A stretch of 64,000 nt of DNA from Bryobacterales bacterium (GTDB lineage: Bacteria > Acidobacteriota > Terriglobia > Bryobacterales > UBA6623): the NCBI GenBank assembly GCA_965206775.1, contig CBDBKU010000001.1, positions 462,096 to 526,095 of the forward strand, written 5' to 3'. Each line of letters begins with the position of its first letter. Position 1 is the stretch's first letter. The notes under the pieces were generated by a model. That model did not search any database and was not told where the DNA came from. It saw only the letters and a list, made by a program, of their open reading frames with translations. This document shows, in pieces, positions 48,980 to 59,303 of this stretch. Position numbers and translations under genes: made by a program.

Positions 48980-50467
48980 ACGTGCGGATTGACTCACGCC
49001 GCGATTCTCGGGATCGAATCCGCGCTCGAACACTGTTCCGACGACCGAGGGCTCGGTCTCTGACCGAGGCGTGACTGAACGCTGGGACTGCGTCGGCCTG
49101 CTGGGCCTTCACCATGTCCTTCCCCCCGGAATGGGGCTGTGGTCGGGCCGGCCAGTCCCCTGTCGTGCGCTCGTGCGGGGAAAATGCCCAAACGCACGGA
49201 TTCCGGGGCGGCTGGGGAGGTCCGAGCGCAACACATGAGACCGGGCTAACTGATTGCACGGCAGGAAGTTATTTAGATGTCCGGGACGGGTGGGACCCCT
49301 TTAGCGCACGGCCGGCGGGGCGGGAGCGCCCCCCCCAAAAAACGGCCCTCGCTCGCGCAAACGGGCCATCCGGGGAGGTCGCTCCCGGGATCTTTCCTTG
49401 CAGGAAGGCCCTCCAGACCCGGGGGCTGCGCAGGCCCTCACTGAGGGCGTCCGGCCGGTCCCGCATCGTCATCCGGATTCGCGACCTCGTCTTGGTCGAG
49501 ACTCACATCGTCATGTGGTCCATTTTCACGGTACCGTACGCCGCTCGGCCGCATCCAACGCCGCTTCCAAGGTCAGCGTCGCCGAGCTCTTCCCTTGCAG
49601 ACCGATCGTGTTCTCGTCGTACGTTGACTTCGGCAATCCCAGTTAGCTCGCACGACCCGTCGTACAATGCACCCTACTTTCCAAGCCGCAGGTTTCCGAA
49701 TGTTGGTGCCGGGGATCGGGTTTCTTAGTTGTAAGTGCCGTGAGCCGGCGGCTTGGATATCGCGCATGAAGTCGGCATGTTTGTTTCCGCGGACCCGCTT
49801 GCGCCCGCTCGCCAATAAAGCGAACAGCCACTGTCCCGCTCCGCGGAGTAATCATGCCGGATCGAAACTGCCCCTCCGGCTTCAGGGCCCTGGCCTCGAG
49901 GGCCGATTCATGCTACGGGGTGATCGCCCGGTCGGTCATAAGAGCTTTTGGCTGGTACGAAGGTCGCCCTGTGTCTGGGGTTACCAGCCCGACCCGCTTG
50001 CCATAGCTGATCACGCACGAGACGCATGGGTTCGGCGATGTCGCTCTCGTTGCTCAGCACCACTCCGCAGTCGTGACAATCGAGCCAGCCGTCGTTCAGC
50101 AGACGCAAAGTAAGATTGACGCCGGATCCATTCTGCTCGGTCTCGATCACCTCTGCCGTGTGACGTCCCCCCAGCGGCTGTACAAGTGGCGCTCGGACTC
50201 TGTGTCTGAGAAATGCCCAAAATACATCCCCACTTCCGGTCGGAACCGTTGGAGCGCGAGCAGATGTACGTCTTGGCGCTGGGGCTTCGACAGGTCGGAC
50301 GGCACGCCCAACGGCACCCATCTTCATCTCGCTCCGATTCAATTATGAAATGCATCTTGTACCGATTTGGTTTATCCGCTCGAGTTCCGAAGAGGCTGGT
50401 GCCAGTCCGCTGGGGTGGTACGTCGATATCGTGCCCGTCCAAAAAACTATCGTCGGTGCACTCCCCC

Positions 50468-51202
50468 TCATTTCCGCGCCGCCGCCGAGCAGAGATTCTG
50501 GTAGTCGCAGACTTCGCACGTGCGACGCAGGGGACTCGGCTCCAACTTATTCTTGCGCAATGCAGTCGCCGCAATGCCCACATCACGCTTTACATCGTCG
50601 ATGAATTCCTCGTCCACGGAGCGAGTCTTGGACCTCTGCTCGTCGAGTTCATAGATCTCCACGTAGTCCGCGTCACGACCGGTTAGCTCTTGATAGCCGA
50701 GGGCATAAATGTGGAGCTGCGTCTCGGTTACTTCCTCGGCCTGCGCGCGCTCGGTGGACTTTAGGTCCACGATAGTCACCTCGCCGGTGTCGAGGCGTTT
50801 GACTAGGTCAATTCGGCCTGACACTGTCACGCCGTCGCCGAGCGTCATTTCGATGCCCTTCTCGGAGAACTCGAGGTTGCTGAAGCTTTCGCTGTTTTGC
50901 TTGATGTAACCCGAGATGGCCTCACGCGCCGCCGCTTCGAGCTTTTTGCGCAAGGCCGGGTATGCATAGGGGGCACGCAAATGCCGGAGGACGAGTTCAC
51001 CAGCCTCGTCGTGCGAGATGCTCTCGCCATCCAATACCCGCTTGTGCACCTCTGCTAAGGCATCGTGTAGCGACTTTCCGTAGCCGATGGCCTCGGCCAG
51101 CGGGGCGTTGAAACCGTAGAGGATCCGCAGCTTGAACTGGTACGGGCACTCGAAGAAGTACTTGAGATCAGAAAACGACAACACCACGTTGGCGACGGAG
51201 GC
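50468..51202 (-). pseudogene. 3' part of split helicase-nuclease gene: Cas4/AddB-like PD-(D/E)xK nuclease domain
   Basis: ORF 50468..51187(-) extended to 51202. FFECPYQFKL, GRIDLV..VTIVDLKS, QLHIYALGY, CEVCDYQNLC (four Cys as in Fe-S RecB-family nucleases). Confidence 0.75.
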
Positions 51203-51429
51203 CAGCGATTCTCAAAACCTGAGATGCAGATGGGCTGTTGGCGTCTCGCCGGGCGTTCGGGGGTGTTGCAGAGAAGTTGGGAGGGCACCAGTGGCGGCTC
51301 GGCAGTAGTGAGTGGCACACCTGTGGACGGCTCCGAGCGCCTCACCGGCAGTTCCGGCACCCTCGGGGCAGACTTCTGCTGCGAGCCCCCCTGCGGGTCC
51401 GGCGGTCGCCGAGGAATTCGGTCGCAATC

Positions 51430-52770
51430 TCATGTGAGCGTGAGCCCGGGGCCGGCCCGCGGGGCGTGGTCAGCCAGCATCTCGGTGAGCAAACTCGTCC
51501 AGTTCGGGAACCAGTACCGGTGCGACAGACACCGCAGATCATTGAAGAAGTTGCGGCGTGTGCCGGCATCATCGCGGCATTGCCGCCACAAGCCCCGCAT
51601 GCCGTCCAGCAGCGTGTGCAGCGCGAAGGCGAGCAGGTTGAGAGTGGCGAGCAGATTGGCCAGGCCCCGGCTGCCGTGCCCGAAATTGTGCTTGAGATTG
51701 TAGCCCTGGCAGGACAGGCAATTGAAGGCCTCGTTCTCGATCTTCCAGCGGGCTCTTCCGAGGCGGGCAATCCCGGCCACGTTCTCGGCGGTGACCTCCA
51801 AGCTGGTGAAGAAGGTGTTGTAGTAGGTGTGCTTGCCCTGGCGCTGGATCTCGAACTCGATCCAGGTTCCTTGCACGGCATCGTCGGAGTCGCGGACCGG
51901 CAGGCCGTGCATCCAGCGATAGCGCTGCAACTCGACCTGGCGTTTGTGGTTGCGGGTGCGGATCCAGCCGGTCGAGTGGGTGAAGTCGTCATGGATCAGT
52001 TCGTATAACCGCTTGTGATTACCGGGTTTACAGACGAGGATGAAGTCCGCGCCGAGGGAGCGGATGAGCCAGCAGAGGGGGTGGCAGCAGTACAGGTCAT
52101 CGCCGAGGATGATGGGCCGGAAGGGGAGCAGCAGGTTGAGGTAGGCGGGCAGCCAGCGCTTGGCGGCGTTGCATTCGCAGTCCTGCTTGCGTTCTTCGTC
52201 GGAGCGGCCGTCGTTGGGGTTGTGCTGGGGCTGGACGAAGTGGGGCATCAGGGGCAGGGCGCGGTTGTGACCGTCGGCGACGATGGTGGCAGCGAGCATG
52301 GTGTGGAAGTACTGGACTTGTTTGTGTTTGCCGACGTGGCGGTTGGAGCAGAGGTCGCAATGGATGGCATCGGAGCAATGGAGTTGGATGCCATCGAGAG
52401 CGATGGCGAGGCGGCCGTCGAGGCGCAGGAAGGGGTCGAGGGCACCGTGGTCGCGGGCGGTTCGGAGGCAATCGGCAAACAGGGGGGCGAAGCGGTCGGG
52501 GTCGTGTCCGTCGAGGAGATTCCGAATGGAGTTGTCACAAGGGATGTCCTCGACACCGAACAGGGACTGGCAATTGGAGCGAGCGGCCTGTTTCTGCATG
52601 CGGCGTTGGAAGTCGAGAAAGGAGGGTGCTTGGAGGAAGAACGTCGAGGCGCAGGAGGCGGCGTCGGCGATGCTGTAGCGCTTGTTCGCGCCGGTCCGGG
52701 GATCGGGCAAGGCGGAGGCGATCTGGCGGAATCTGTTGAGGAGGGACTCAAGGACGGGAACGGGGGCCAC
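51430..52770 (-). CDS. DDE transposase (IS4-superfamily / ISNCY-like; family not assigned)
   Basis: 446 aa. RWKIENEAFNCLSCQGYNLKHNFGHG and other DDE-transposase-like blocks. Confidence 0.75.
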   Translation of the reverse strand: MAPVPVLESLLNRFRQIASALPDPRTGANKRYSIADAASCASTFFLQAPSFLDFQRRMQKQAARSNCQSLFGVEDIPCDNSIRNLLDGHDPDRFAPLFADCLRTARDHGALDPFLRLDGRLAIALDGIQLHCSDAIHCDLCSNRHVGKHKQVQYFHTMLAATIVADGHNRALPLMPHFVQPQHNPNDGRSDEERKQDCECNAAKRWLPAYLNLLLPFRPIILGDDLYCCHPLCWLIRSLGADFILVCKPGNHKRLYELIHDDFTHSTGWIRTRNHKRQVELQRYRWMHGLPVRDSDDAVQGTWIEFEIQRQGKHTYYNTFFTSLEVTAENVAGIARLGRARWKIENEAFNCLSCQGYNLKHNFGHGSRGLANLLATLNLLAFALHTLLDGMRGLWRQCRDDAGTRRNFFNDLRCLSHRYWFPNWTSLLTEMLADHAPRAGPGLTLT

Positions 52771-52878
52771 ATCTTATGTTTCAAAGCGGTGACCGCAAAG
52801 TCAAGAGCCCAGAAACTGGCCCCTCATTCGGGCATCTGCAGCGGCAAGAACCCCAACGCAGCCTAAATTTAGAACTGC

Positions 52879-54888
52879 GTGCGCCGTGGAAAGGCGCTTC
52901 CCTCTGGCGGGTGCGAATCCCGTCCAGCAACTGACGCTCCGGCTGGTAGCAGCCAGGGCGGTTCACGGAGGTAACGAAGTGGGCTGAAGCACTCTGGTGA
53001 CAAAGGGCCGCCTAGGGCGGCTCAGCGAACATGCGGGCCGGAACGCGAGTGAACGCCGAGCAGGCCTCGCAACATTTAATGCGGGAGCCGACTCTTTCGT
53101 GGTTAAGGGGAAGGCCGTTGGCGGATCGGGAAGAGAGCGACAGATGCACCGATCCGTTCCCGCCGGGGTAAGGGCGCTGGCACGCATGGAAGAGGAAGGA
53201 AGCAGCAACACGGGAAGCCCTGTCGGAGATGCGGCACGCATCAACTGGAACCCCGCGAGGGGCAGGCCGGGCCGGCAGGGTGGCGGATAGGCCCGTAGTA
53301 CCGCAGAGGCGGGGTAACGCCCGCGGAGGAAAGGGGCCTTGAGTGGAGAGCAGGACGGAAAGGAGACAAGGCATGACCACTGACGAAGGTCTAACAGGGT
53401 CAGGAAAGGTTCGGAAACTCCAGACCGTGCTACAGGCGAAAGCGAAGGAAGAACCGAAGCTGCGGTTCCATGCGCTGAGCGACAAGATGTGGCGGGAGGA
53501 CTTTCTCGGGGAAGCCTGGAGGCAGGTCCGCCGGAACGGCGGGGCTGCCGGGGTGGACCGGGAGAGCTTCCAGGACATCGAGGAGCGAGGCGTGGAGCCA
53601 TGGCTTGGGGAACTGGCAAGGGAGCTGAAGGACGGGACCTACGCGCCGCAAGCGGTGCGGCAGGTGCTGATCCCGAAGAAGCAGCCCGGCAAGTTCCGGC
53701 CCCTGGGGATCCCCTGCATACGGGACCGGGTGGCGCAGACGGCGGCCCTGCTAGTGCTGGCGCCGATTGTCGAAGCCGACCTGCAACCGGAGCAGTACGC
53801 CTACCGGCCGGGGCGGAGCGCGAACGACGCGGTCAACCACGTCCACAGCCTCCTGAACAGGGGGTGCAACGAGGTTGTCGATGGCGATCTAGCCAACTAC
53901 TTTGGCGAAATTCCGCACGCGGAACTGATGCGGAGCATAGCGCGGCGCGTGAGCGACGGGCGGATGCTCGGACTCGTCAAGGGATGGCTGGAGATGCCGG
54001 TCGAGGAGGACGACGGACAGGGCGGCACACGCCGCACGAACCGGGCGCGCAGGGAACGGAAAGGGACTCCGCAAGGGGCTCCGATCTCGCCCTTGCTCAG
54101 CAACCTCTACATGCGGCGCTTCATACTGGGCTGGAAGACGCTGGGCTATGCCCGGCGCTTCCGCGCGGAGATCGTGAATTACGCGGACGACTTCTGTGTG
54201 ATCGGCAAGGCCCCGGCGGCAGGGATGCTGGCGGCGGTCCAACGGATCATGGGAGTTCTGAAGCTGCCGGTCAACGCACGGAAGACCCGCTGCCTGCGGT
54301 GCCCGGAGGAGCCGTTCGAGTTCCTGGGCTACCGCATCGGACGCAACTACCGCCCGAACGGGAAGGGAGCCTACATTGGCACCCGCCCCAGCAAGGCAAG
54401 CGTCCAAGGCATCTGCCGCAAGATCAGCGAATGGACGGCGCCAAGGTACGGGCAAATGTCCCGGGAAGAGATGATAGAACACCTGAACCGGTCCATGACC
54501 GGATGGGCGAACTACTTCCATCTCGGGCAAGTGAGTCCGGCCTACAACGCGATCGACCAGCATGCGGTCCGGCGGCTGCGCCAGTGGCTCTGTCGGAAGC
54601 ACAAGGTGAAGGCCGGGAAGTACGTGCGATTCCCGGACAAGAGGCTGCGCGAAGAGTACGGCCTCGTCCGCCTCGCGCCAACGACTGCGAGCCTTCCGTG
54701 GGCGAAGGCATGATTTCCACTGAAAGCCGGATGCGGGGAAACTGCACGTCCGGTTTGACGAGCGGGGAGAGGAACCGTGGCTATGCGGGAAGGCCAGTGA
54801 GGCACCTACAGATGGCGAAAGCCGTAGGAACACCCCAAAACAGCTACTGCTTCCTTGCTAAGGTGCGCGCGTCTCTCCTCGACTCTAC
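52879..54888 (+). mobile_element. Group II intron (2010 bp) with intron-encoded RT/maturase
   Basis: 5' GTGCG at 52879. Domain V at 54724-54756 has the AGC triad, a GAAA-type loop and an AC bulge, with AAGCCGGAU pairing GUCCGGUUU. The basal helix of domain VI (54760-54772 with 54872-54885) has a bulged A at 54882, 6 nt before a ..CUCUAC 3' end. Confidence 0.75.
53343..54713 (+). CDS. Group II intron reverse transcriptase/maturase
   Basis: 456 aa. GAAGVDRESF, IPKKQPGKFRPLGIPCIRDRVAQTA, SPLLSNLYM, YADDFCVI, then maturase X-domain-like GWANYF. Confidence 0.9.
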   Translation: MESRTERRQGMTTDEGLTGSGKVRKLQTVLQAKAKEEPKLRFHALSDKMWREDFLGEAWRQVRRNGGAAGVDRESFQDIEERGVEPWLGELARELKDGTYAPQAVRQVLIPKKQPGKFRPLGIPCIRDRVAQTAALLVLAPIVEADLQPEQYAYRPGRSANDAVNHVHSLLNRGCNEVVDGDLANYFGEIPHAELMRSIARRVSDGRMLGLVKGWLEMPVEEDDGQGGTRRTNRARRERKGTPQGAPISPLLSNLYMRRFILGWKTLGYARRFRAEIVNYADDFCVIGKAPAAGMLAAVQRIMGVLKLPVNARKTRCLRCPEEPFEFLGYRIGRNYRPNGKGAYIGTRPSKASVQGICRKISEWTAPRYGQMSREEMIEHLNRSMTGWANYFHLGQVSPAYNAIDQHAVRRLRQWLCRKHKVKAGKYVRFPDKRLREEYGLVRLAPTTASLPWAKA

Positions 54889-54963
54889 TGCCCAGAAACT
54901 GGTCCCTTGCTACCGGCCCCTCAGCGGCTCACGGGACCAAAATGGCCAAATTGAGAATTCCTG

Positions 54964-56988
54964 GACGGAGGCTCGTGGGGTTGGCTCAAGGCGTGCTCGA
55001 CTCGCGTAGTTCTGTCGACGGCGCTTCACGAACTTTGATGCCAACACATCGTTGAAGAAGTCCGAGGGCGCCTTGGCGTGGCTGTTGTTGGGTGTGGGTG
55101 CCCAGCTCATGTGTAGGAACTTCTGGGCTCGGGTAACAGCGACGTAGAACAGCCGGCGCTCGTCCTCGACGCAACCGCGGTAGCGTTCGGCATTCTCGAA
55201 CGCCTCTGGGGGTAACAGGTGCCAGGCTGTCCGTCCACCTACAGGTCGATTCGGGAAACGGTTACGCACGAGTTGCGGCACAAACACTGCTGGCCACTGG
55301 AGACCCTTTGCCTGATGCACGGTCATTATCTGCACCGCGTCCGGAGTCACGTAAGCGCTATCCTGCCAGCCCTCGGGATAGGCGCGCTCGGCGTGGTGGC
55401 GCAGAAAGCCCGCAAACGTAGTGTATTTCTCCACTGGCTTCGAGTGGAAATGGATGCTCTCGAAGTCCGAGATGGCTTGGCTGAACTTGCCGAGGTTATA
55501 GAAGACGACCTCACCCCGTTCACCGGGAACATTCTCCTCACGGAGACCAGTGGCCTCCAAGAAAGCCATGAATTGGCGTTGTAGGTTGTAAACCGCGAAT
55601 TTGCCTTCGGTGGCATTCTGCATATTTCTACGGGCGTCGGTAGCCGCGACTATCGCTTCTGTAAGTGCTTCGGTCGGGATTCCGAGTTGTGCGCGCTCCC
55701 AAGCGGAGTGGAGTTCGGCCACACCAATCTCACCAGCGAGGTAGTAGAAGAGCTGCCGTGCAGCCTCCGCTTCGGGCTTAGCGAACAAGTTGTTCATTCC
55801 GGTGATAACGTAGGGAATCTTGGCCGCATCCAGAGCGGCCATGATGGGTGCGCCGTCCCTGCGCACGCTGCGCAGCAAAACGGCCATGTCTGACCAGGCA
55901 ATTCCGCGCTCGCCCTCGCCGTCGACGATGGCTACCCCGCGCAGTGAACGACAGGTCTCGGCAATGTAGGTGGCTTCCTCTTCTGGCGAGTCGAACGGAA
56001 GCGCGACAATGTCACCCACTTTGTAGTCTTGAGCACTGGCAGCCTTCATCTGTTTAGACAGCCGCCGGTCAAGCTTCTTGATGAAATCCCGAGCCAGCGA
56101 AACCACGCCCTCGCTAGAGCGAAAATTCTCCTCAAGAGAGATACGGCTCACTCCCGGGTATCGCTTGGAAAATGTAAGGATATTGTCCACATCACTGCCG
56201 CGCCACTGGTAGAGAGTCTGGTCGTCATCGCCGACGATGCACACAGTTGCACCAAGGTCGTGAAGAATACGTATCACCGCCTCCTGCACGGGATTCACGT
56301 CCTGGTACTCGTCTACGATGACGTGACGTACTCGCGCTCTTAGGCGCACCCGAACCCCCTCGTTGCATTCGAGCGCTGTCCGCGCCTCCTTCAAGATGCC
56401 GGAGTAGTCCAAGTAGCCCTTCTCGTGCAGTAGCACCTCGTAGTCGAGTAGGTGCGAAGCAACCGCGGACGTCTGGAGTCTTCCCGGATCGGAGACCACG
56501 TCCTCACGCAAGATGGTGTGCGCCAGTACATAGTGCGGCGTGTCGATAAACCGCCTAAGGCGTTTGCCGTCCGTTGTGGAGCTGAGAGTAAGACCGGACC
56601 TGCGAGAATTACGGTCCACGAACAAGCGCTGCTGGACCTCATTTAGAACCTCGTACTTCAGGAATTCGGGCACCTCCAACTGGAGCAGTTCGAGGCAGAA
56701 GCCGTGGATAGTTCCGACGTACATTTCTGCAAGCCCAATCACATCCCCGAGAGTCTCGCGACAGCGCTCGTGAATGCGCTCCTTGAGTTCCGCGGCCGCC
56801 TTTTCGGTGAATGTGAAAGCCACGATGTTCTCTGGTTTGCAGCCACCACCACCTGCATCGGCCGGCGACAGCAGTCTTACGACCCTACGGGCCACCACCT
56901 CGGTCTTTCCGGATCCCGCGCAAGCAATGAGTTGGAGGTTGCCCTCAAGATGGTCTATCGCATCCAGTTGTGCGTCAGTGAACTTCAT
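54964..56988 (-). pseudogene. 5' part of split helicase-nuclease gene: UvrD/Rep-type SF1 helicase
   Basis: ATG 56988 (MKFTDAQLDAIDH). ACAGSGKT, VIVDEYQDVNPVQ, VGDDDQTLYQWRGS, LEENFRS, TVHQAKGLQWPAVFV, LFYVAVTRAQKFL. Track ORF 54910..57087 runs 54 nt into the IS end. Confidence 0.8.
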
Positions 56989-57475
56989 TGGTAGTGTGCT
57001 TGGCGGCCAGAGTTGAGTCGGAACTGTTGAGGACCTCGTCTGGACCTGCGAGGGCGACCAATACCGGCACCACACGGACCTCGGCACCGCTCGCTCCTAG
57101 CCTTGTCGGTCGTCCTTCGCGATTCCACATCGTTCGGAGAATCTCAAGAGCCGATATTCTTAGTCATACCGTACTTTCCTTATTCGGAAACGTGGTCGCT
57201 GTCCGGTTCGTTGGCACATGGTCGCCTGCAACTGTTCTCGCAGGATCCTATGGCCTATCGGGTGTCGGTTGCGTAGCCATCGGTATGAACCGCATGGCAA
57301 GGGCCGTCGTCCCAGCCGCCAGACTCCCGATGCGTTTGACGAAACGGAGCGTTTGGAAATTATTGATCCTAACTTCCTGGCAGGACAGCTTCAGGGCTCG
57401 GTGGCGCCCACAAGGATCCAGAGGAAAGCAATAGGACACAAATGAAGCGAGTTCCGAAAGCTCAATTCCCAGCCG

Positions 57476-59266
57476 TCACGGCGCCTTGACAAATCGTTGG
57501 TCTCGACACGCGGGACAATTCGCCCGCGACCAAGGCCGTTCTACCGTCCGCATGCCGGATTTGTCCTCCCCTTGTTCGATTAACCATTCGTCGCTCCAGC
57601 ATCCGCCAAGCTCATCGACTCGGCGCTGTGATGTAGCGAAGACATGACTGACGGAACGGGATGGCGGACTGAGCAAGCAGTCAAGCGCCACGTCGCTGAT
57701 CATCGCAGTCACGTAGCTAAGCTCAACGGGACCATATGGATGGTAATGTGCGCCGCACGCCGGCTCCTCTTGGCTAGCATCCCCGCCGTCCGGCCACTCC
57801 ACGACCTTGAATGATGGCGATCCCGTCCGGCCGATGTGGCATTGAAAACAGCCGCCTTCGTGTCCGATTGCCACAGCATGACCCGCACAGGCGTGTGCTT
57901 CAGTCCAACAGTACAAGATCGGGCTGGGCCGACCTTGTTCAACATGCCAGCGGTTGAGAGCGCTTTCAGCGCCCCAGTCTCCGGTGGCTGCGATGATCAG
58001 GTCGGCCGCCTCCAAGAGCTTAAGGTCCCTCCGCTGGAACTCCTCCAGGTAGCAAGCCCGACTCTCGATCTGAAGATGTGGAAAGTCTGCCTGCAGCCGC
58101 TCCGCCAAAGACTGCGCTTTGTTGCAGCCAACTGACGAGGCACCCAACGGATGCCGACCGACATTTGGCCAGTTCAAGACATCATAATCAACCAGAACGA
58201 TCCTGCCTGTGCCCGCCTGCGCTAGCGTGCAGACGACTGGCGCGCCGACCGATCCGCACCCGGCGACGACCACTGTGGAACCAAGCAGCTTCACAGTTCG
58301 AGGATCGCTCGCGCGCCCGTGCACCCACTTGGGATCGGCACGCTGGACCGAACTTCGGACGACTGAACCCGTCGCAAAATAGCGATCAAGCAGCAAAGAC
58401 TTAGGCACTCGTCCCGGTCTGAACCCCTTGGACAGGGGTTCAGCGGCCGACCACGGACCAGAACTCAAGGACCTGGGATTCCGTGCCTTCACCGCTATGA
58501 GGCCTGGCCCACCGCGGCCGAGCGCTCCAAGAACGGCCACAAGTTGATCAGGCTCACCGAGGGCGACTTGTCCGAGCGCCGTAGCTGCATCCTGGCCGGT
58601 AGCGACCGCCAGTGCACGCAAGTCGGAAGCTGTTTTGGGGTAGTCGACGGGGAGCGGCGGCTTGGGCAGCCATATGAAGGCGGCCTCCTCGGTCCTCGTA
58701 TGGATCTCGTCCCCGAAACGGCGACGCACCCACCGGGCTAACGTCCTCGCGTCCTCTCCGATTATTTCAAGGCCCGTGCCCCTCCAGGCCCGCACAACGC
58801 GGGAGGGCGGTCCAGGCGTAAGCAGGCTGTAGAAGTGAGCTCCGTCCTCATTCGATTTGTAAGCCCAATAGGTCAAGAACTCTTCGCGGAAAACCCGCTC
58901 GATGATCGACCCCTCGAGCAGCTCCTCGACCAACCGGACTGACCGACCCAACACGTTCTCAGCCACAGCGCATGGATCATCTGGATCGCACTCGGCCATG
59001 TTGGGCAGCAAACACAGAATGCCGTCGCCCTCTATATGGGGCCAAGTCATGAACGGCGGGCGGTCGACCAGGGCGGTGCGCACGGGGATTGATGGAAAGC
59101 CAGCGGTTGCCACCACGTCAATGCGGCGCACTACGTCATCCGAGAAGGTGACACCGACTCGCCAGCCGGCTAGGTACCGTCGGCGCGGATAGCACCTTCC
59201 GATCACCTGCGTCCCAAGGCGTTCCGGCGCCTGCCCCGTTCGCTCGCGTAGCCGCGCCTCAAGCAT
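57476..59266 (-). CDS. cap2: CBASS Cap2-like E2/E1 (ubiquitin-conjugating-like + ThiF/E1 adenylation) fusion protein
   Basis: ORF 57476..59374(-). N-terminal E2-like WPHIEGDGILCLLPN. E1 Rossmann VVVAGCGSVGAPVVCTLAQAGTGRIVLVDYD..NVGRH. Cys pairs CFQCH and CPACRD. Start uncertain: ATG 59266, or an upstream near-cognate codon overlapping the CD-NTase stop. Confidence 0.75.
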   Translation of the reverse strand: MLEARLRERTGQAPERLGTQVIGRCYPRRRYLAGWRVGVTFSDDVVRRIDVVATAGFPSIPVRTALVDRPPFMTWPHIEGDGILCLLPNMAECDPDDPCAVAENVLGRSVRLVEELLEGSIIERVFREEFLTYWAYKSNEDGAHFYSLLTPGPPSRVVRAWRGTGLEIIGEDARTLARWVRRRFGDEIHTRTEEAAFIWLPKPPLPVDYPKTASDLRALAVATGQDAATALGQVALGEPDQLVAVLGALGRGGPGLIAVKARNPRSLSSGPWSAAEPLSKGFRPGRVPKSLLLDRYFATGSVVRSSVQRADPKWVHGRASDPRTVKLLGSTVVVAGCGSVGAPVVCTLAQAGTGRIVLVDYDVLNWPNVGRHPLGASSVGCNKAQSLAERLQADFPHLQIESRACYLEEFQRRDLKLLEAADLIIAATGDWGAESALNRWHVEQGRPSPILYCWTEAHACAGHAVAIGHEGGCFQCHIGRTGSPSFKVVEWPDGGDASQEEPACGAHYHPYGPVELSYVTAMISDVALDCLLSPPSRSVSHVFATSQRRVDELGGCWSDEWLIEQGEDKSGMRTVERPWSRANCPACRDQRFVKAP

Positions 59267-59303
59267 TAGCGCAGCCTGACGCCAGTGGAGCGGGAGCGCC
59301 GTG

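Larger units (their letters stand above)
51203..54963 (-). mobile_element. IS4-superfamily-like insertion sequence carrying a nested group II intron
   Basis: Inverted repeats CAGCGATTCTCAA (51203-) and CAGGAATTCTCAA (reverse complement ending at 54963). 9-bp duplication GACGGAGGC (51194-51202 and 54964-54972). 3761 bp in total, 1751 bp without the intron. Confidence 0.8.

Noticed and set aside
53489-55009. A 506-aa (+) ORF and a 314-aa (-) ORF overlapping the intron RT gene.
   Set aside because: They are out of frame or antisense to the RT/maturase, which has the YADD and other RT blocks. Their composition is biased.
57248-57439. A 63-aa minus-strand ORF in the cap2-helicase gap, considered as a Cap3 (JAB) remnant.
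   Set aside because: It has no JAB/MPN-like His or Ser/Asp motifs. Its composition and length do not fit.
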